This document shows, one piece after another, positions 51,212 to 61,636 of a stretch of DNA of 64,000 nucleotides; positions within the stretch are counted from its first letter, which is position 1; the number at the start of each line of letters is the position of its first letter. The translations under genes were made by a program, and so were the position numbers. This stretch comes from Parcubacteria group bacterium (GTDB lineage: Bacteria > Patescibacteriota > Patescibacteriia > UBA2169): contig JACOYR010000004.1 in NCBI GenBank assembly GCA_016181765.1, positions 201,853 through 265,852 of the forward strand, given 5' to 3'. Below the pieces are notes generated by a model. That model saw nothing but the letters and a program-made list of their open reading frames with translations. It made no database searches and had not been told where the DNA came from.

Positions 51212-51670
51212 CTATAGTATATGGAGCACCCCCAGGCTCGCGAGCGCCACCGCCAAACCGGCAAGGAGCACTCCCGAAAAAATGAGCCCGAGCGAACGCC
51301 AGAACGGCAACCCGAGCAAATAGGCCGCAACAGAGCCGCTCCAGGCTCCGGTCAGGGGCAGCGGAATCGCCACAAACACCACAAGCGCAATGGAGCCGTA
51401 CACTTCCCACTTCCCGGTAATTTTGCGGCGCGTGCGGCTGAACACCCACGCAAAAAAACGCTCCCAGAGCCGGGAGCGGCTCGCGAGGAACGTGGACACC
51501 GCATCCAAAAAAAGCAGTAAAAAAACGACCGGCACCATGTTTCCCAGTACCGAGAGCGCGTAGGCTTCGGCTATGGAGAGGCCGAGCGATCCCAATGCCA
51601 GGGGAATAGCCAAACGCAGTTCCCCGATTGGGGTCATAGCCGCGAGCGCTGTTTGTAGGTATGGATCCAT
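51212..51670 (-). CDS. COG2426 small multidrug-export-like membrane protein
   Basis: PIGELRLAIP, FVAIPLPLTGAWSG. Confidence 0.88.
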   Translation of the reverse strand: MDPYLQTALAAMTPIGELRLAIPLALGSLGLSIAEAYALSVLGNMVPVVFLLLFLDAVSTFLASRSRLWERFFAWVFSRTRRKITGKWEVYGSIALVVFVAIPLPLTGAWSGSVAAYLLGLPFWRSLGLIFSGVLLAGLAVALASLGVLHIL

Positions 51671-51756
51671 GGTGTACTCTGCTTCCGCGGCTGCAAAGCC
51701 AGAAAAATGGGGCCAGGACCCATTTTTCCTTGCATGAAAAATCTTTTCTCGGCGCG

Positions 51757-51936
51757 CTATCCCTTGCTCATCTCGCCGGCGACCAAGACCACGCCAAACG
51801 CGACCAAGACCACGGGCCACACCGGAAAGTCAATATCCACAAATCCCATCTGGCGCGCGTAGAGCAGAATCCCGAGGATGATCAAAAATACGCCGAACGT
51901 GATCTGCGCGGAGTGTGCCATCAACTTTTTTGCCAT
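51757..51936 (-). CDS. 59-aa two-TM protein (LiaF/DUF5668-like), absent from the ORF track
   Basis: MAKKLMAHSAQITFGVFLIILGILLYARQMGFVDIDFPVWPVVLVAFGVVLVAGEMSKG. Confidence 0.7.
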   Translation of the reverse strand: MAKKLMAHSAQITFGVFLIILGILLYARQMGFVDIDFPVWPVVLVAFGVVLVAGEMSKG

Positions 51937-52015
51937 AGTTTTATTTTATTTTTTTAGTGCCCGGGTACGACTTTTCCACAGGCGGTTATAGTATAGCACA
52001 TTTTGCGCCATCCGG

Positions 52016-52979
52016 CTACTCATCAACTTTTTCCGGCCCCTCAATCAGTTCAGGCATAACCCCGGATTCAGTGCGGCCCGTGATTTTCATCACGTCCTTA
52101 TCTATCTTCCCGAGCTCCCGGAACGACGTATTGTACGCATTGACCGTGGTTGCGAGGTGCCCGCCGAGCTTGCGGACGTACTCCTCGTAATTCACGATGT
52201 GCTTTCCCAAAGCCTCCACCTGCGTGCGGATCGCCTGGGCGTCCTTTTCTATCTGCAAGGCTTTCAAGCCCTGGAGCACGGTCTGCAGGTACGCGAGAAA
52301 CGACGTGGGGGACACAATGATGACGTGCTTCCGCTTGAACGCGTACTCAATCAAATCTTCGGTTGAGATTTTTACGGCCCCAACTTTGTTGATGAGCAGG
52401 TCATAGTAAATGCCCTCGCTCGGGATGAACATGAACGCAAAATCCATGGTCCCCTCGCTCGGGCGGATGTACTTTGCGGTCTCGTCAATCCTGTTCTTGA
52501 GGTCGTTCTTGAACACCTTCTCGTGCCGGTTCCGGTCCTCTTCTGTGTCCGCGGCAATCACGCGGTTGTAGTTTTCCAGGGAAAATTTTGAATCAACAGG
52601 CACGATCTTCTCGTCAATGAACACGGCCGCGTCAACGATTTCCCCGTCCTTGAATTTGTACTGCATCTGGTAGCTGCCTGTTGGTCTCGTCCAACTTGGT
52701 GAGGCGCTCGGTCACGTCTTTCAGGATCTGGTGGGACTGGCCCGTGATCCCCTGGATGATTTTTGAGGACTGCCCGAATTGCGCTTGCATCATCTTGGTT
52801 GATTCCCCGAGCTTGGAATCCAGGGTGCGCGTAAGCTCATTAAGCTGGTTCTGCAGCAATTGCAGGCCTTGTGTGTCCGGCGGCTTTTGCATTTCGCGGA
52901 TGCGCCCGATCAGCACAAATACAAGCGCGCTAAAGCCCGCCAAAAGGATGATGATAATGATTAAAAATGTTACATCCAT
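52016..52979 (-). pseudogene. rmuC: RmuC family protein, split by an internal deletion near 52677 (possibly artefact)
   Basis: VPVDSKF, TMDFAFMFIPSE, VSPTSF; N- and C-parts in different frames; the RGxLGE segment is missing. Confidence 0.8.
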
Positions 52980-52980
52980 A

Positions 52981-53018
52981 ATGTCATTGCGAGGGAGCGA
53001 TAGCTCCCGCGGCAATCC
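52981..53018. repeat. REP-like palindrome, family 2 (intergenic)
   Basis: atgtcattgcgagggagcgatagctcccgcggcaatc, inverse of the copy in tgt. Confidence 0.7.
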
Positions 53019-53061
53019 TTGGTCCCGAGCGAAGCGTGGGGATCATCAACGCGCTAAGGCT

Positions 53062-53946
53062 CTAGATTCCAAAAAAGCGTCTAGCGTTCTCCGTAGTTTG
53101 GGAAGCCACTGTATCATAGTCCTGCCCCCGAATGAACGCAATACCCCTGGCCACATATTCAACATATGACGGTTCATTTTGCTTTCCGCGGTAGGGCTCG
53201 GGCGCCAAATAAGGTGAATCAGTCTCAATCATCATCCGATCCATGGGAATATTGCGTACTACCTCCTTTAATGTTTCGCTGGCGTTTTTGAATGTCACAA
53301 TGCCGGTAAAGGAAAGCATCAGCCCCAAATCCAAAAACTTTTTAGCCATCGCCCAGTCCCCGCCATAGCAGTGCAGAACGCACTTGAAATACCCGAAGTC
53401 TTTGATGATATTATAGAGATGTTCGTAAGCCGTAAGACCACCCCCCAGTCCCCTCTGTCGTGCCGGAATGGGAATCTCCTCTGATACCATTCCCCCTCCT
53501 GTAACCAGGAGGGGGTTAGGGGGTGGTGCTTTGGATTCTGTTTTACTATCACGCGAATGCAGTATGACAGGCAGTTTTTTATCCCGCGCAATGGTTAAAT
53601 GCGCCCGCAATAAATCTTCCTGTTTTTTTAAGATAACTTCGCGCTGATTCTCGTCAATATGGAAATGGTCAATCCCGGTCTCCCCGATTGCCACAACTTT
53701 TGGATGATCAGCCGCTTTGTTAAACCAGTCAAAATCGAACTCCTCATCCGTGTGCGTCGGATGCACGCCCAAGGCGGCAAAAACGCCATCGCTGGATTCC
53801 GCGATGGCGATGGATTTTTCACTCGTGGCCTTAGCCGCGCCCACGGCAATCATCTGAATATCTTTCTCCCGGGCGCGTTTGACCACCTCGGGCCAGGAAT
53901 CGTCAAAAGCTTTAAACGCTAAATGGCAATGGGTGTCGATGAGCAT
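53062..53946 (-). CDS. tatD: TatD family hydrolase
   Basis: MLIDTHCHL, GVHP, IGETGID, ILHSR, ETDSPYLAP; true start inferred at 53946. Confidence 0.93.
   Translation of the reverse strand: MLIDTHCHLAFKAFDDSWPEVVKRAREKDIQMIAVGAAKATSEKSIAIAESSDGVFAALGVHPTHTDEEFDFDWFNKAADHPKVVAIGETGIDHFHIDENQREVILKKQEDLLRAHLTIARDKKLPVILHSRDSKTESKAPPPNPLLVTGGGMVSEEIPIPARQRGLGGGLTAYEHLYNIIKDFGYFKCVLHCYGGDWAMAKKFLDLGLMLSFTGIVTFKNASETLKEVVRNIPMDRMMIETDSPYLAPEPYRGKQNEPSYVEYVARGIAFIRGQDYDTVASQTTENARRFFGI
53436..53529. repeat. In-frame inverted doublet of palindromic elements in tatD
   Basis: accaccccccagtcccctctg...ccccctcctgtaaccaggagggggttagggggtggt; encodes a ~31-aa insert. Confidence 0.8.
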
Positions 53947-54325
53947 AATTAATTGAGGAAAGTGAACAGGGAGTCCTAATTCCGTTGAACCAGTTAATTT
54001 TGTTGCTACAATGCCATTGAGGTCGTACTTCTCTGACTGATAAATGGAACTGACTTGTTGGCCGCCGATAATTCCGTCTTTATTGTATTTCTGAATAAAG
54101 TCGTCAAGCTTAACATTCCCTACTGATATTCCAAAACTTGCTGTATATAACTTCTCTTCTCTTAGACCTGTATATGTTACCCCTCTAGACTCATCGGACG
54201 AACCAGTTACCTCCCAATCAACGGTTGGAGCTAACTTCTTGTTCATACGGTCGGTTTTAGGTAATAGAAATCTTAAGTTTGCCGTCCAACGCCTTGGCGA
54301 CTTTGCGCAACAAGCGACGGGCTTG
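53947..54325 (-). pseudogene. Remnants: HTH-antitoxin-like C-terminus and an AT-rich gene fragment running in frame into tatD
   Basis: LLRKVAKALDGKLKISIT* ends at 54257; low-GC ORF from 54246 has no stop before the tatD ATG. Confidence 0.45.
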
Positions 54326-54343
54326 GAAACTGGTCATCCGAAG

Positions 54344-54520
54344 CTAATTAATCTTTTCCAACTGCCCAAAATCCACGGGCACGCCGGTTTTTTCAGCTAT
54401 GGCCTTAACCCACTGGGCGATCAGCGCATCACGGTGTTTGAGCTCAAAATACCGTTTATCGGAAAGGTATGAAATATCCAAACTATCCAAGGTCATTTGT
54501 TTTTTACTGATATCTTCCAT
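54344..54520 (-). CDS. Small hypothetical protein
   Basis: 58-aa ORF with -10 TATGAT just upstream. Confidence 0.5.
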   Translation of the reverse strand: MEDISKKQMTLDSLDISYLSDKRYFELKHRDALIAQWVKAIAEKTGVPVDFGQLEKIN

Positions 54521-54580
54521 AGACTCGCCTATCATACCACGCGGCCGCGCAAAAAACAACCCCGCAACAAGCCGCTCACA

Positions 54581-55099
54581 CTATATCAAAGACTGGATCT
54601 GCTTGATGGCGTCCGGCAGAAGCGGCTGGACGATTCCCGCAATCCCGAGAAGAATGGGCGCAACCCGGGAACCGTCAAAAAAATTTTCCACCAAGCCCCC
54701 GAACGGAAACCGCGCCGCAAAATAGAGCACCAAGCCAAGGAGGATGGAGGACTGCAAGAGCCCTAAGGCCGCGCCGAGCAAGCGGTTGCCGAACTGCATG
54801 AACGGCAGCACCGCGACTGACGTGTACACGCGCTCCGCGAGCGAAACGATGAAGCCCACAAGGTAGTTGACCGCGATCAAAAGCGCCACAAACGCGATCA
54901 TGCGCGCCAGGTTGAGGTTGTGGTCAAACCCGATAATCGGCGCGATGAACTCCGCAGCTGGCTCATAGTACCGGCTCGCGAGCGCCACGGCGCCGACCAA
55001 ACCCACAATGCCCCCCACGGACCGGATAAGGCCTTTCCGAAACCCCCAGACCGTGGACCAACCCACCATGGCGAGTAAAATGTAGTCAACGACAAGCAT
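54581..55099 (-). CDS. CvpA family membrane protein
   Basis: GFRKGLIR, NRLLGAALG. Confidence 0.9.
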   Translation of the reverse strand: MLVVDYILLAMVGWSTVWGFRKGLIRSVGGIVGLVGAVALASRYYEPAAEFIAPIIGFDHNLNLARMIAFVALLIAVNYLVGFIVSLAERVYTSVAVLPFMQFGNRLLGAALGLLQSSILLGLVLYFAARFPFGGLVENFFDGSRVAPILLGIAGIVQPLLPDAIKQIQSLI

Positions 55100-55119
55100 G
55101 GGAATAGTGTACCAAATAT

Positions 55120-56458
55120 TTACTTCCGGGGGAACAATGGTTTTGCCTTTTTGACCGGCGAACTGCTGAACTGCTCCATAATATATTCCGCGGTTTCAGG
55201 CAAGAACGGCTGCAGGAGAACGGCAATATTCAGAATCTGCTGGCTCACCGGCTCAAGCACTTGCTTTTTCTCGCCTGCTGATTCCATCTCCCAGGGCTTT
55301 GATTCGGCAAGCGTTTCATCAACCCTTGAGAGCTCCCGCCAGAGCACGGCGAGCGCTTCGTTGAACTGGTAGCGCTCCATTGCGGATGAGACGGCCGTAG
55401 CGAGCTTCTTGTCGCTGCCCGGCGCGATGGAAACCGTGATTGCGTCTTTTTCCAAAAGCGTTGAAACGCGGGAGATAACATTCCCCAGGCCATTGGCGAG
55501 GTCTCCGTTGTAGCGCTGTTCAAATTTTTCAATGGTGGTCTATGACCGCACCGCTTGACTTGGACATCTTTTTGCCTTCGCTCGTGATGAATCCGTGGAT
55601 CAGGATCTGTTTGGAATTCGGCAGCCCGGCGGACAAGAGCATTGCCTGCCACATGGATGCCTGCTGGCGCAAATTGTCCTTGCCCGCGATTTGCACGCCC
55701 GGCCAGAACTTTTTGAACATTGCCTCATCGCTTGGCCAGCCGAGCGTGGAAATATAGTTGACCAAGGCATCAAACCACACGTACATCACCTGGCGCTCAT
55801 CCCCGGGAACCGGAACGCCCCAGGGCATTTTCTCCCGCAACCGCGAGACGCTGAAATCTTCCAGCCCGGATTTCACGAACTCCGTAATCTCTTTTAGCCG
55901 GTGCGGGGGCAGCACAAAATCGCTCTGCGATTCATACAGCTTCAAAAGCGGCTCCTGGTACTTTGAAAAACGGAAAAAATAATTTTCCTCGTCTATAGTT
56001 TCAAGGGCTGTATCCGGGTGCAGAGGGCACTTCCCATCCGCAAGTTCTGATTCAGTCTTTTCCAGTTCGCACCCAACGCAGTATTTGACCTTGTAATTTT
56101 TCTTGTAGATGTCCCCTGCCGCCTCGCACCGCTTCCAGAACTCCTGGGCCGCGGCTTTGTGGGCCGGATCAGTGGTGCGGATGAACGCGTTATAGCTCAA
56201 GTTCAGAGCAGCCTTAAGATCATCAAACCGTTGCGCGTGCTTGTCTGTGTACGCCTGCGGATCCTCGTGGGCCTCCTGGGCCTTGCGGTAGATTTTGAGG
56301 CCATGCTCGTCCGTGCCCGTGTTGAAAAACACCTCATCCCCCTGCAAGCGGCGGTAGCGCGCAATGGCGTCCGCCTGCGCGATTTCCAGCGCAAACCCGA
56401 TGTGCGGGCTCGCGTTTACGTACGGAAGGGTGGTGGTGATGTAGAATGGCTTTGCCAT
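55120..56458 (-). pseudogene. metG: Methionyl-tRNA synthetase, split by a deletion near 55537 (probably artefact)
   Basis: PYVNASPHIG, YVWFDALVNY, KMSKS; continues in another frame as IEKFEQRYNGDLANGLGN...PFLPETA...PLFPRK. Confidence 0.9.
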
Positions 56459-57519
56459 CAAGAAGATTTTTCGCCCCTAATCTCCTCAACCATCACCCCA
56501 AACCAGTCGCCTGCAATGGTCATCACCGCAACCGCAACCGGAATGGAGAGGATGGCGCCCAAAATCCCGGCAAGTTTCGCGCCGAGCAGAATGACGACAA
56601 TCACCACAATCGGGTTCATGCCCACGGCGCGCTGCATGACCTTGGGCACAATGATGTTGCCTTCAAGCTGCTGGATCACGAGGTACAGAATGACGACCAA
56701 GAGCGCTTTAATCGGGGACTGCAAAAACGCGAGGAGCACGGCGGGTATGGCGCCGATAATAGGGCCCAAAAACGGAATGACCTCGGTGATGCCCGCAATC
56801 AAGGCAAGCACCAGCGAGTACTTGACCCCGAGCGCCAAGAGCCCGATCCAGGTGACCGCAAAAATAATTCCGGAAAGCAGGAGCTGGCCGCGCAGCCACA
56901 GCCCGAGCTTGTCCTGGATGCGGACAAACATGCTTTCCACATACTTCTGGTGGCTCGCGGGCGTCACGGAGCGGATGAAATACTTGAGGCCGTCGCGGCG
57001 GGCGGAAAAGTAAAACGTAAGCACCAGCACTAGGATGAGGGTGGTGAGCCCACCGAAGATGCCGGAGAGGGTTGCCACCACCGAACCGGTGTACGAGGAC
57101 AGGGTCTGGCCAATGGAGCGCAAGTTGCTCTGGAACGCCTCGCCGAAATCGCTCTGGATCTGCAAATTCCCGAACAGGTTTATCAGCCGCTCGTAGTAGA
57201 ACGGGAACGTGGCAGCCAGCTGGTCAATCTGCTCCGTGATTGGGGGGATGAGGAGCACAATCACCAGGCTCAACACGAACACCAGAGCCACGTAGATGAG
57301 GAGGATACCGGCTCCCCGCGGAACGCGCTTCTTCTCCAGCCAGTCAATGGACGGGCCGAGTGATGCGGCAAACACGAGCGACACGAACAAGAGCACCACA
57401 ATGTCCCACACCAGGTAAAAAAACGTAAGCACCGCGAGCACCGCCAGGATTTTGACGATGCTCAACGTTGAGAGGTGTATGGTGGTTGAGTCTTTTGGGT
57501 CTGAAAACGGATTTGCCAT
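56458..57519 (-). CDS. AI-2E family transporter
   Basis: WLRGQLL, IPFLGP, QQLEGNIIVPKVM. Confidence 0.93.
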   Translation of the reverse strand: MANPFSDPKDSTTIHLSTLSIVKILAVLAVLTFFYLVWDIVVLLFVSLVFAASLGPSIDWLEKKRVPRGAGILLIYVALVFVLSLVIVLLIPPITEQIDQLAATFPFYYERLINLFGNLQIQSDFGEAFQSNLRSIGQTLSSYTGSVVATLSGIFGGLTTLILVLVLTFYFSARRDGLKYFIRSVTPASHQKYVESMFVRIQDKLGLWLRGQLLLSGIIFAVTWIGLLALGVKYSLVLALIAGITEVIPFLGPIIGAIPAVLLAFLQSPIKALLVVILYLVIQQLEGNIIVPKVMQRAVGMNPIVVIVVILLGAKLAGILGAILSIPVAVAVMTIAGDWFGVMVEEIRGEKSS

Positions 57520-57531
57520 ACGCTGATTATA

Positions 57532-58697
57532 CTAGAATTGCAAAAAACGAGCAAACTGCTTTACGGACTTGAACGGGCTTAAGGTGGTGAGGTGCAGTTT
57601 TTTGCGCTGGATAATTTTGTTCGCAACTGCTTTGACGTCGGCAAGCTTGACCTTGTCAATTCTGCGAAACACCTCCTCCGGAGTTTTAATTTTTTTGGCA
57701 AACAGCGCTTGGGACCCGTAGAATGACGCCACGTCCAGAGAATCTTCCTGGCTCAAAGCCATCTTGCCTTTGATGTACTCCTTTGCGCTCGCAAGCTCGT
57801 CTCCCTTGACCCCATTGGCTTTGATGTCCGCAAGCTCAATGCTGATTGCCTCAAGCGCCTTATCAAATTTTTTGAGGTCCAAGCCCGCCTGGATGGTGAA
57901 CGTGCCCGTGTCCTCCAGTGTATCGGATGAGGAGCGGATGAAGTAGCACAGCCCCAAGCGCTCGCGCACCTGGATGAAGAGCCTTGAGCTCATGTTGCCG
58001 CCGAGGATTATGGAAAGCAATCCCAGGGCGTACTTGTCCTTGTGCTCGCCCGCGACCCCCGGAAACCCGAGCACGGCATGAGCCTGGCTCGTCTCTTTGC
58101 GGTGCGCGCTAAATGATTGCTTGTTGATTTCGCGCGAGAGCGGAGCAACGCGGTTGCGGCTGCCGCGTCTGATTGAGCCGAACTGCTTTTGCAGGAGTGA
58201 TAAAACGCGGGCCTTTTGGAAGTTGCCGGCAATGCTTATGGCGATATTGTTGGCGTGGTAGTGCTTCTGCCAGTAATTGACGAGTTGCGAACGCTTCATC
58301 TGCGTGATGGTGTGCGGCGTGCCAATCACGTGCTGGCCAAGTTTTGAACCGCTGCCGAACAAATCCTCTTCAAACAGGTCCTCAACCTTTGCCATGGGAT
58401 TATGGGAAGATGGGTATTCTCGGCCTTGATGTAGTACCCGGTGCTCTCCTTGCCGGTCCAGGCATTGTAGTCCGCGCCGATTGAATCCAGCTCCTTGGAG
58501 ATGATGAGCGTGCTCGGCCGCTTGGCAGTGCCCTTGAACAAGAGGTGCTCCACAAAGTGCGAAATGCCGTTGATGGGATTGGCCTCAAACCGCGAACCCA
58601 CTTTAATCAACACCAAAATGGAAACCGCCCGGGTGGCGGTATTCGGCGAAAGAATTACCTTAATGCCGTTCTTGAGTTTGGTTTGATGAAATGCCAT
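57532..58697 (-). pseudogene. M16 family Zn peptidase, split by a deletion near 58403 (possibly artefact)
   Basis: HFVEHLLFKGT (HxxEH) in the N-part; GGNMSSRLF..VRERLGLCY in the C-part, different frame. Confidence 0.85.
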
Positions 58698-58737
58698 GCT
58701 GAAATAGTATCGTTTTTGGGGTAAAATTGCAATGCCC

Positions 58738-59256
58738 TCAAACAACAACAAACCGATACTTCCTTTTCGCCCACACAGGTCCCGCATAGTCCACGCCAAT
58801 GCGCGGAAGGCGCTTGATATCGCTTTTTTTGACGACAACTCCCCTGTCCTCAATCCATAATCCAGTAATGCGGCTCGCGGGCTTTGCGTTGAATGTTTTG
58901 GTGATGGAGAGCGCCTTGGTGAGTTTAGCCGGGCCATTGATACTACCTGCGCCACGGATGAGTATTGCGGCTGGATACTCGCGAGCGCCAGTGACGATAT
59001 TCAGCATCCAGTGCATGCCATACACCAAATACACATACCAAAACCCGGCATCCCCGAACATGGGCGCGTTCCGGAGGGTATTCCCCCTGCTCGCGTGGGA
59101 CGCTTTGTCGTTAAAACCATCATATGCCTCCACTTCCGTAATAGGCAGGCTGATTTCCCTGCTCCCGATTCTGCGGACAAGAAACATGCCCAAAAGCTCT
59201 TCTGCAACTTTGAGCGTGGGGCGGTTGAAAAATACTTGCTTCACTATCGCTCCCAT
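58738..59256 (-). CDS. mpg: 3-methyladenine DNA glycosylase
   Basis: ITEVEAY, YVYLVYGMH, GPAKLT, PRIGV. Confidence 0.93.
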   Translation of the reverse strand: MGAIVKQVFFNRPTLKVAEELLGMFLVRRIGSREISLPITEVEAYDGFNDKASHASRGNTLRNAPMFGDAGFWYVYLVYGMHWMLNIVTGAREYPAAILIRGAGSINGPAKLTKALSITKTFNAKPASRITGLWIEDRGVVVKKSDIKRLPRIGVDYAGPVWAKRKYRFVVV

Positions 59257-59276
59257 AGAAACAATCAGAATTCAAA

Positions 59277-59615
59277 CTATAGTAACAAACGCTCTTTTAT
59301 TATGGCAATCAACTCTTTCTCATGCTTGTAAATTCCATGCCGCGAAAAGACCAGCAGTGTGGCCGCTTGAGGTGACGCCATTTGAAACGCAAGGCGGTAG
59401 CCGTGCGACTTGCCCACGTTCTCCCCGAGCGGCACGACCCGCGCTTTGTACACGCGCTCATTGCCGAACTCGTTGAACTGCTCAATGCCGGGTGTCTCGG
59501 CTAAACCCTTAACGCAAAACAAGCGCACCCACGCCTGGAGCGATTCTTCCGGAGCTGGGTAGCGCTTGAGTTTTTTAAAATCTTTCTTGATGCCATCGTG
59601 CCGCTCCACCTCCAT
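59277..59615 (-). CDS. RelE-like putative toxin
   Basis: KKDFKKL..YP, VYKARV..GKSHGYRL; coupled to the Panacea gene. Confidence 0.7.
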   Translation of the reverse strand: MEVERHDGIKKDFKKLKRYPAPEESLQAWVRLFCVKGLAETPGIEQFNEFGNERVYKARVVPLGENVGKSHGYRLAFQMASPQAATLLVFSRHGIYKHEKELIAIIKERLLL

Positions 59616-59617
59616 AC

Positions 59618-60124
59618 TCACACCTTCGCCATCTCTCCATACGTATTGCGATAGTAGGACAAATTGTAATCAATCACGCCGTCCGGCTTGGTGGCAATCC
59701 AGGGCGCCTCGCCGTGGCTCGCGTTCTTCATTTCGGCGCCGGAAAACTTTTCCCATTTGCCAGCAATCTCCTCAAGCATCAAGAGTTCTTCTCTGCTGAA
59801 CGCGGAAACGTCAAACGGCTTGAGGGGTTCTATGAGCTGCTGCTCCCGGTATCCGTCCACAACAGCGCGCCTGCTGATTTTGATGTCCCGGCCATCCATC
59901 TTCTTGAGCATCTTTTCCGCCATGCGCGGCACCGGCCCGTTCTCAAACCGCAGGTACTGGTCGCCGGTAACTGACCTACCGTATTTCTCAAAAAAATCAA
60001 AATCCAAAAAGTAGAGCAGCTTCATGAGTTTGAGCTTCCCTAGTGTCCCGTTGCGAACTTTATTAGCAAAAAAAAGTACTGCGTTGCGGTACTTTTTCTC
60101 ATTGATTCGGAATCGTGCGGTCAT
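59618..60124 (-). CDS. Panacea/SocA (DUF4065) antitoxin
   Basis: KLMKLLYFLD, GPVP, SHGEAPW motifs. Confidence 0.88.
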   Translation of the reverse strand: MTARFRINEKKYRNAVLFFANKVRNGTLGKLKLMKLLYFLDFDFFEKYGRSVTGDQYLRFENGPVPRMAEKMLKKMDGRDIKISRRAVVDGYREQQLIEPLKPFDVSAFSREELLMLEEIAGKWEKFSGAEMKNASHGEAPWIATKPDGVIDYNLSYYRNTYGEMAKV

Positions 60125-60254
60125 AGCGCTTACAGTATATAACAAAAACGGCATGGCCGCAACACAGCCCTATTCCGCTGCTAAGCGCCACCTACTCACG
60201 CTCGCCCACGCCCGGCTGGAACCGCCAATAGCAATGATGTATTTTTTTGGCATG

Positions 60255-61574
60255 TCAATTAAGTTTCTCCCGCACATACCCCGCAAGTTCCCCAACCTTG
60301 ACGCGCACTTGCTGCATAGTGTCGCGGTCCCGGATGGTGGCTGTGTCGTCCTCAAGCGTGGTAAAGTCTATGGTGATGCAGTAGGGCGTGCCGATCTGGT
60401 CCTGGGAGTAGTAGCGCTTGCCCACATTGCCCCTATCATCCCAGACAGCCATGAACTTCTGGCGCAGGTCCTGGTAGATACTTTGCGCTTTTGCAACGAG
60501 CTCGGGCTTGTTGCGCATGAGCGGAAACACCGCAACTTTGTAGGGCGCGAGCTTTGGAGCGAGTTTGAGCACTTCCCTATCACCCTCTTGGCTGTAGCTG
60601 CTTGCGAGGATAGCAAGCAAGGTGCGGTCAACGCCCAATGATGGCTCTATCACGTGCGGCCAAAAATCTTCGCCTGATGCAGGGTCTTTGTACGGAGCTT
60701 CCTTAAAGTGGTTTTTGAGGTCAAAGTCCGTGCGGTACGCAAGCCCGTACAACTCGTCTTTTCCGAACGGAAAATCAAACTGGAAATCAACAGTCTTTTT
60801 TGAGTAGTGCGCCAACTCATCCTTGGGCACGTCAAACTCATGCACCTTGCCGGAATTGATGCCGCAAGCTTTGATCCATTCATGCATTTCTTTTACCCAC
60901 ATTGCAAACGGCTCCTCCCAATCCTTGTCGTCTTTTGGCGCGGGAATAAAGTACTCAATCTCCATCTGCTCAAACTCGCGCGTGCGGAAAATGAAGTTGC
61001 CTGGAGTGATTTCGTTGCGGAACGCTTTTCCGATTTGCGCAATGCCGAACGGCAATGTCTTGCGCGAAGTTTGCAGTACGTTTTTAAAATCAACAAAAAT
61101 CGCCTGCGCGGTTTCCGGGCGCAGGTACACAACATTGCTCTCATCCTCAACCGGCCCCAAGTGCGTGCGGAACATCATGTTAAACTGCGCTGGCGCAGTG
61201 AGTTCCCCCGCGCACTCCGGACAAGAACCACCCCCTGACCCCCTCCTCGTTTGAGGAGGGGGAAGTTTATCGGCGCGGAAACGCGAGTGGCACTTTTTGC
61301 ACTCAACCATGGGGTCATTGAACTCGGAAACATGGCCGCTCGCCTCCCACACTTTTGGGTTCATAATCAATGCCGCGTCCAAGCCCACCATGTCATCCCG
61401 CCTGCGCACAAACAGGTCCCACCAGAGCGCTTTGATGTTGTTTTTGAGCTCAACCCCCAAGGGGCCATAGTCCCAGGAGTTGGCAAGGCCCCCGTAAATT
61501 TCGCTTCCCGGGTAGATAAATCCCCGCTGCTTGGCCAGAGAAATAATTTTTTCCATGAGGTCTTGTTTTTGCAT
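60255..61574 (-). CDS. glyQS: Glycyl-tRNA synthetase, homodimeric type
   Basis: DYGPLG, YLRPETAQ, FRNEITP, REFEQME, IEPSLGVDR. Confidence 0.97.
   Translation of the reverse strand: MQKQDLMEKIISLAKQRGFIYPGSEIYGGLANSWDYGPLGVELKNNIKALWWDLFVRRRDDMVGLDAALIMNPKVWEASGHVSEFNDPMVECKKCHSRFRADKLPPPQTRRGSGGGSCPECAGELTAPAQFNMMFRTHLGPVEDESNVVYLRPETAQAIFVDFKNVLQTSRKTLPFGIAQIGKAFRNEITPGNFIFRTREFEQMEIEYFIPAPKDDKDWEEPFAMWVKEMHEWIKACGINSGKVHEFDVPKDELAHYSKKTVDFQFDFPFGKDELYGLAYRTDFDLKNHFKEAPYKDPASGEDFWPHVIEPSLGVDRTLLAILASSYSQEGDREVLKLAPKLAPYKVAVFPLMRNKPELVAKAQSIYQDLRQKFMAVWDDRGNVGKRYYSQDQIGTPYCITIDFTTLEDDTATIRDRDTMQQVRVKVGELAGYVREKLN
61225..61268. repeat. In-frame palindromic element in glyQS
   Basis: Reverse complement nearly identical to the gatB element; encodes KLPPPQTRRGSGGGS. 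Confidence 0.8.
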
Positions 61575-61601
61575 ACAATAGCTCTATGATAGCACGAAAG
61601 C

Positions 61602-61630
61602 TTGACAAAAATCAATCAATGTGCAAGTAT
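61602..61630 (+). promoter_or_regulatory. Sigma70-like promoter of the candidate ncRNA
   Basis: TTGACA-17bp-AAGTAT with TG extension. Confidence 0.5.
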
Positions 61631-61636
61631 ACACGT

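Noticed and set aside
53062-54246. 394-aa N-terminally extended TatD fusion
   Set aside because: The extension is an AT-rich unrelated fragment and TatD has its own MLIDTHCH start; likely a junction artefact
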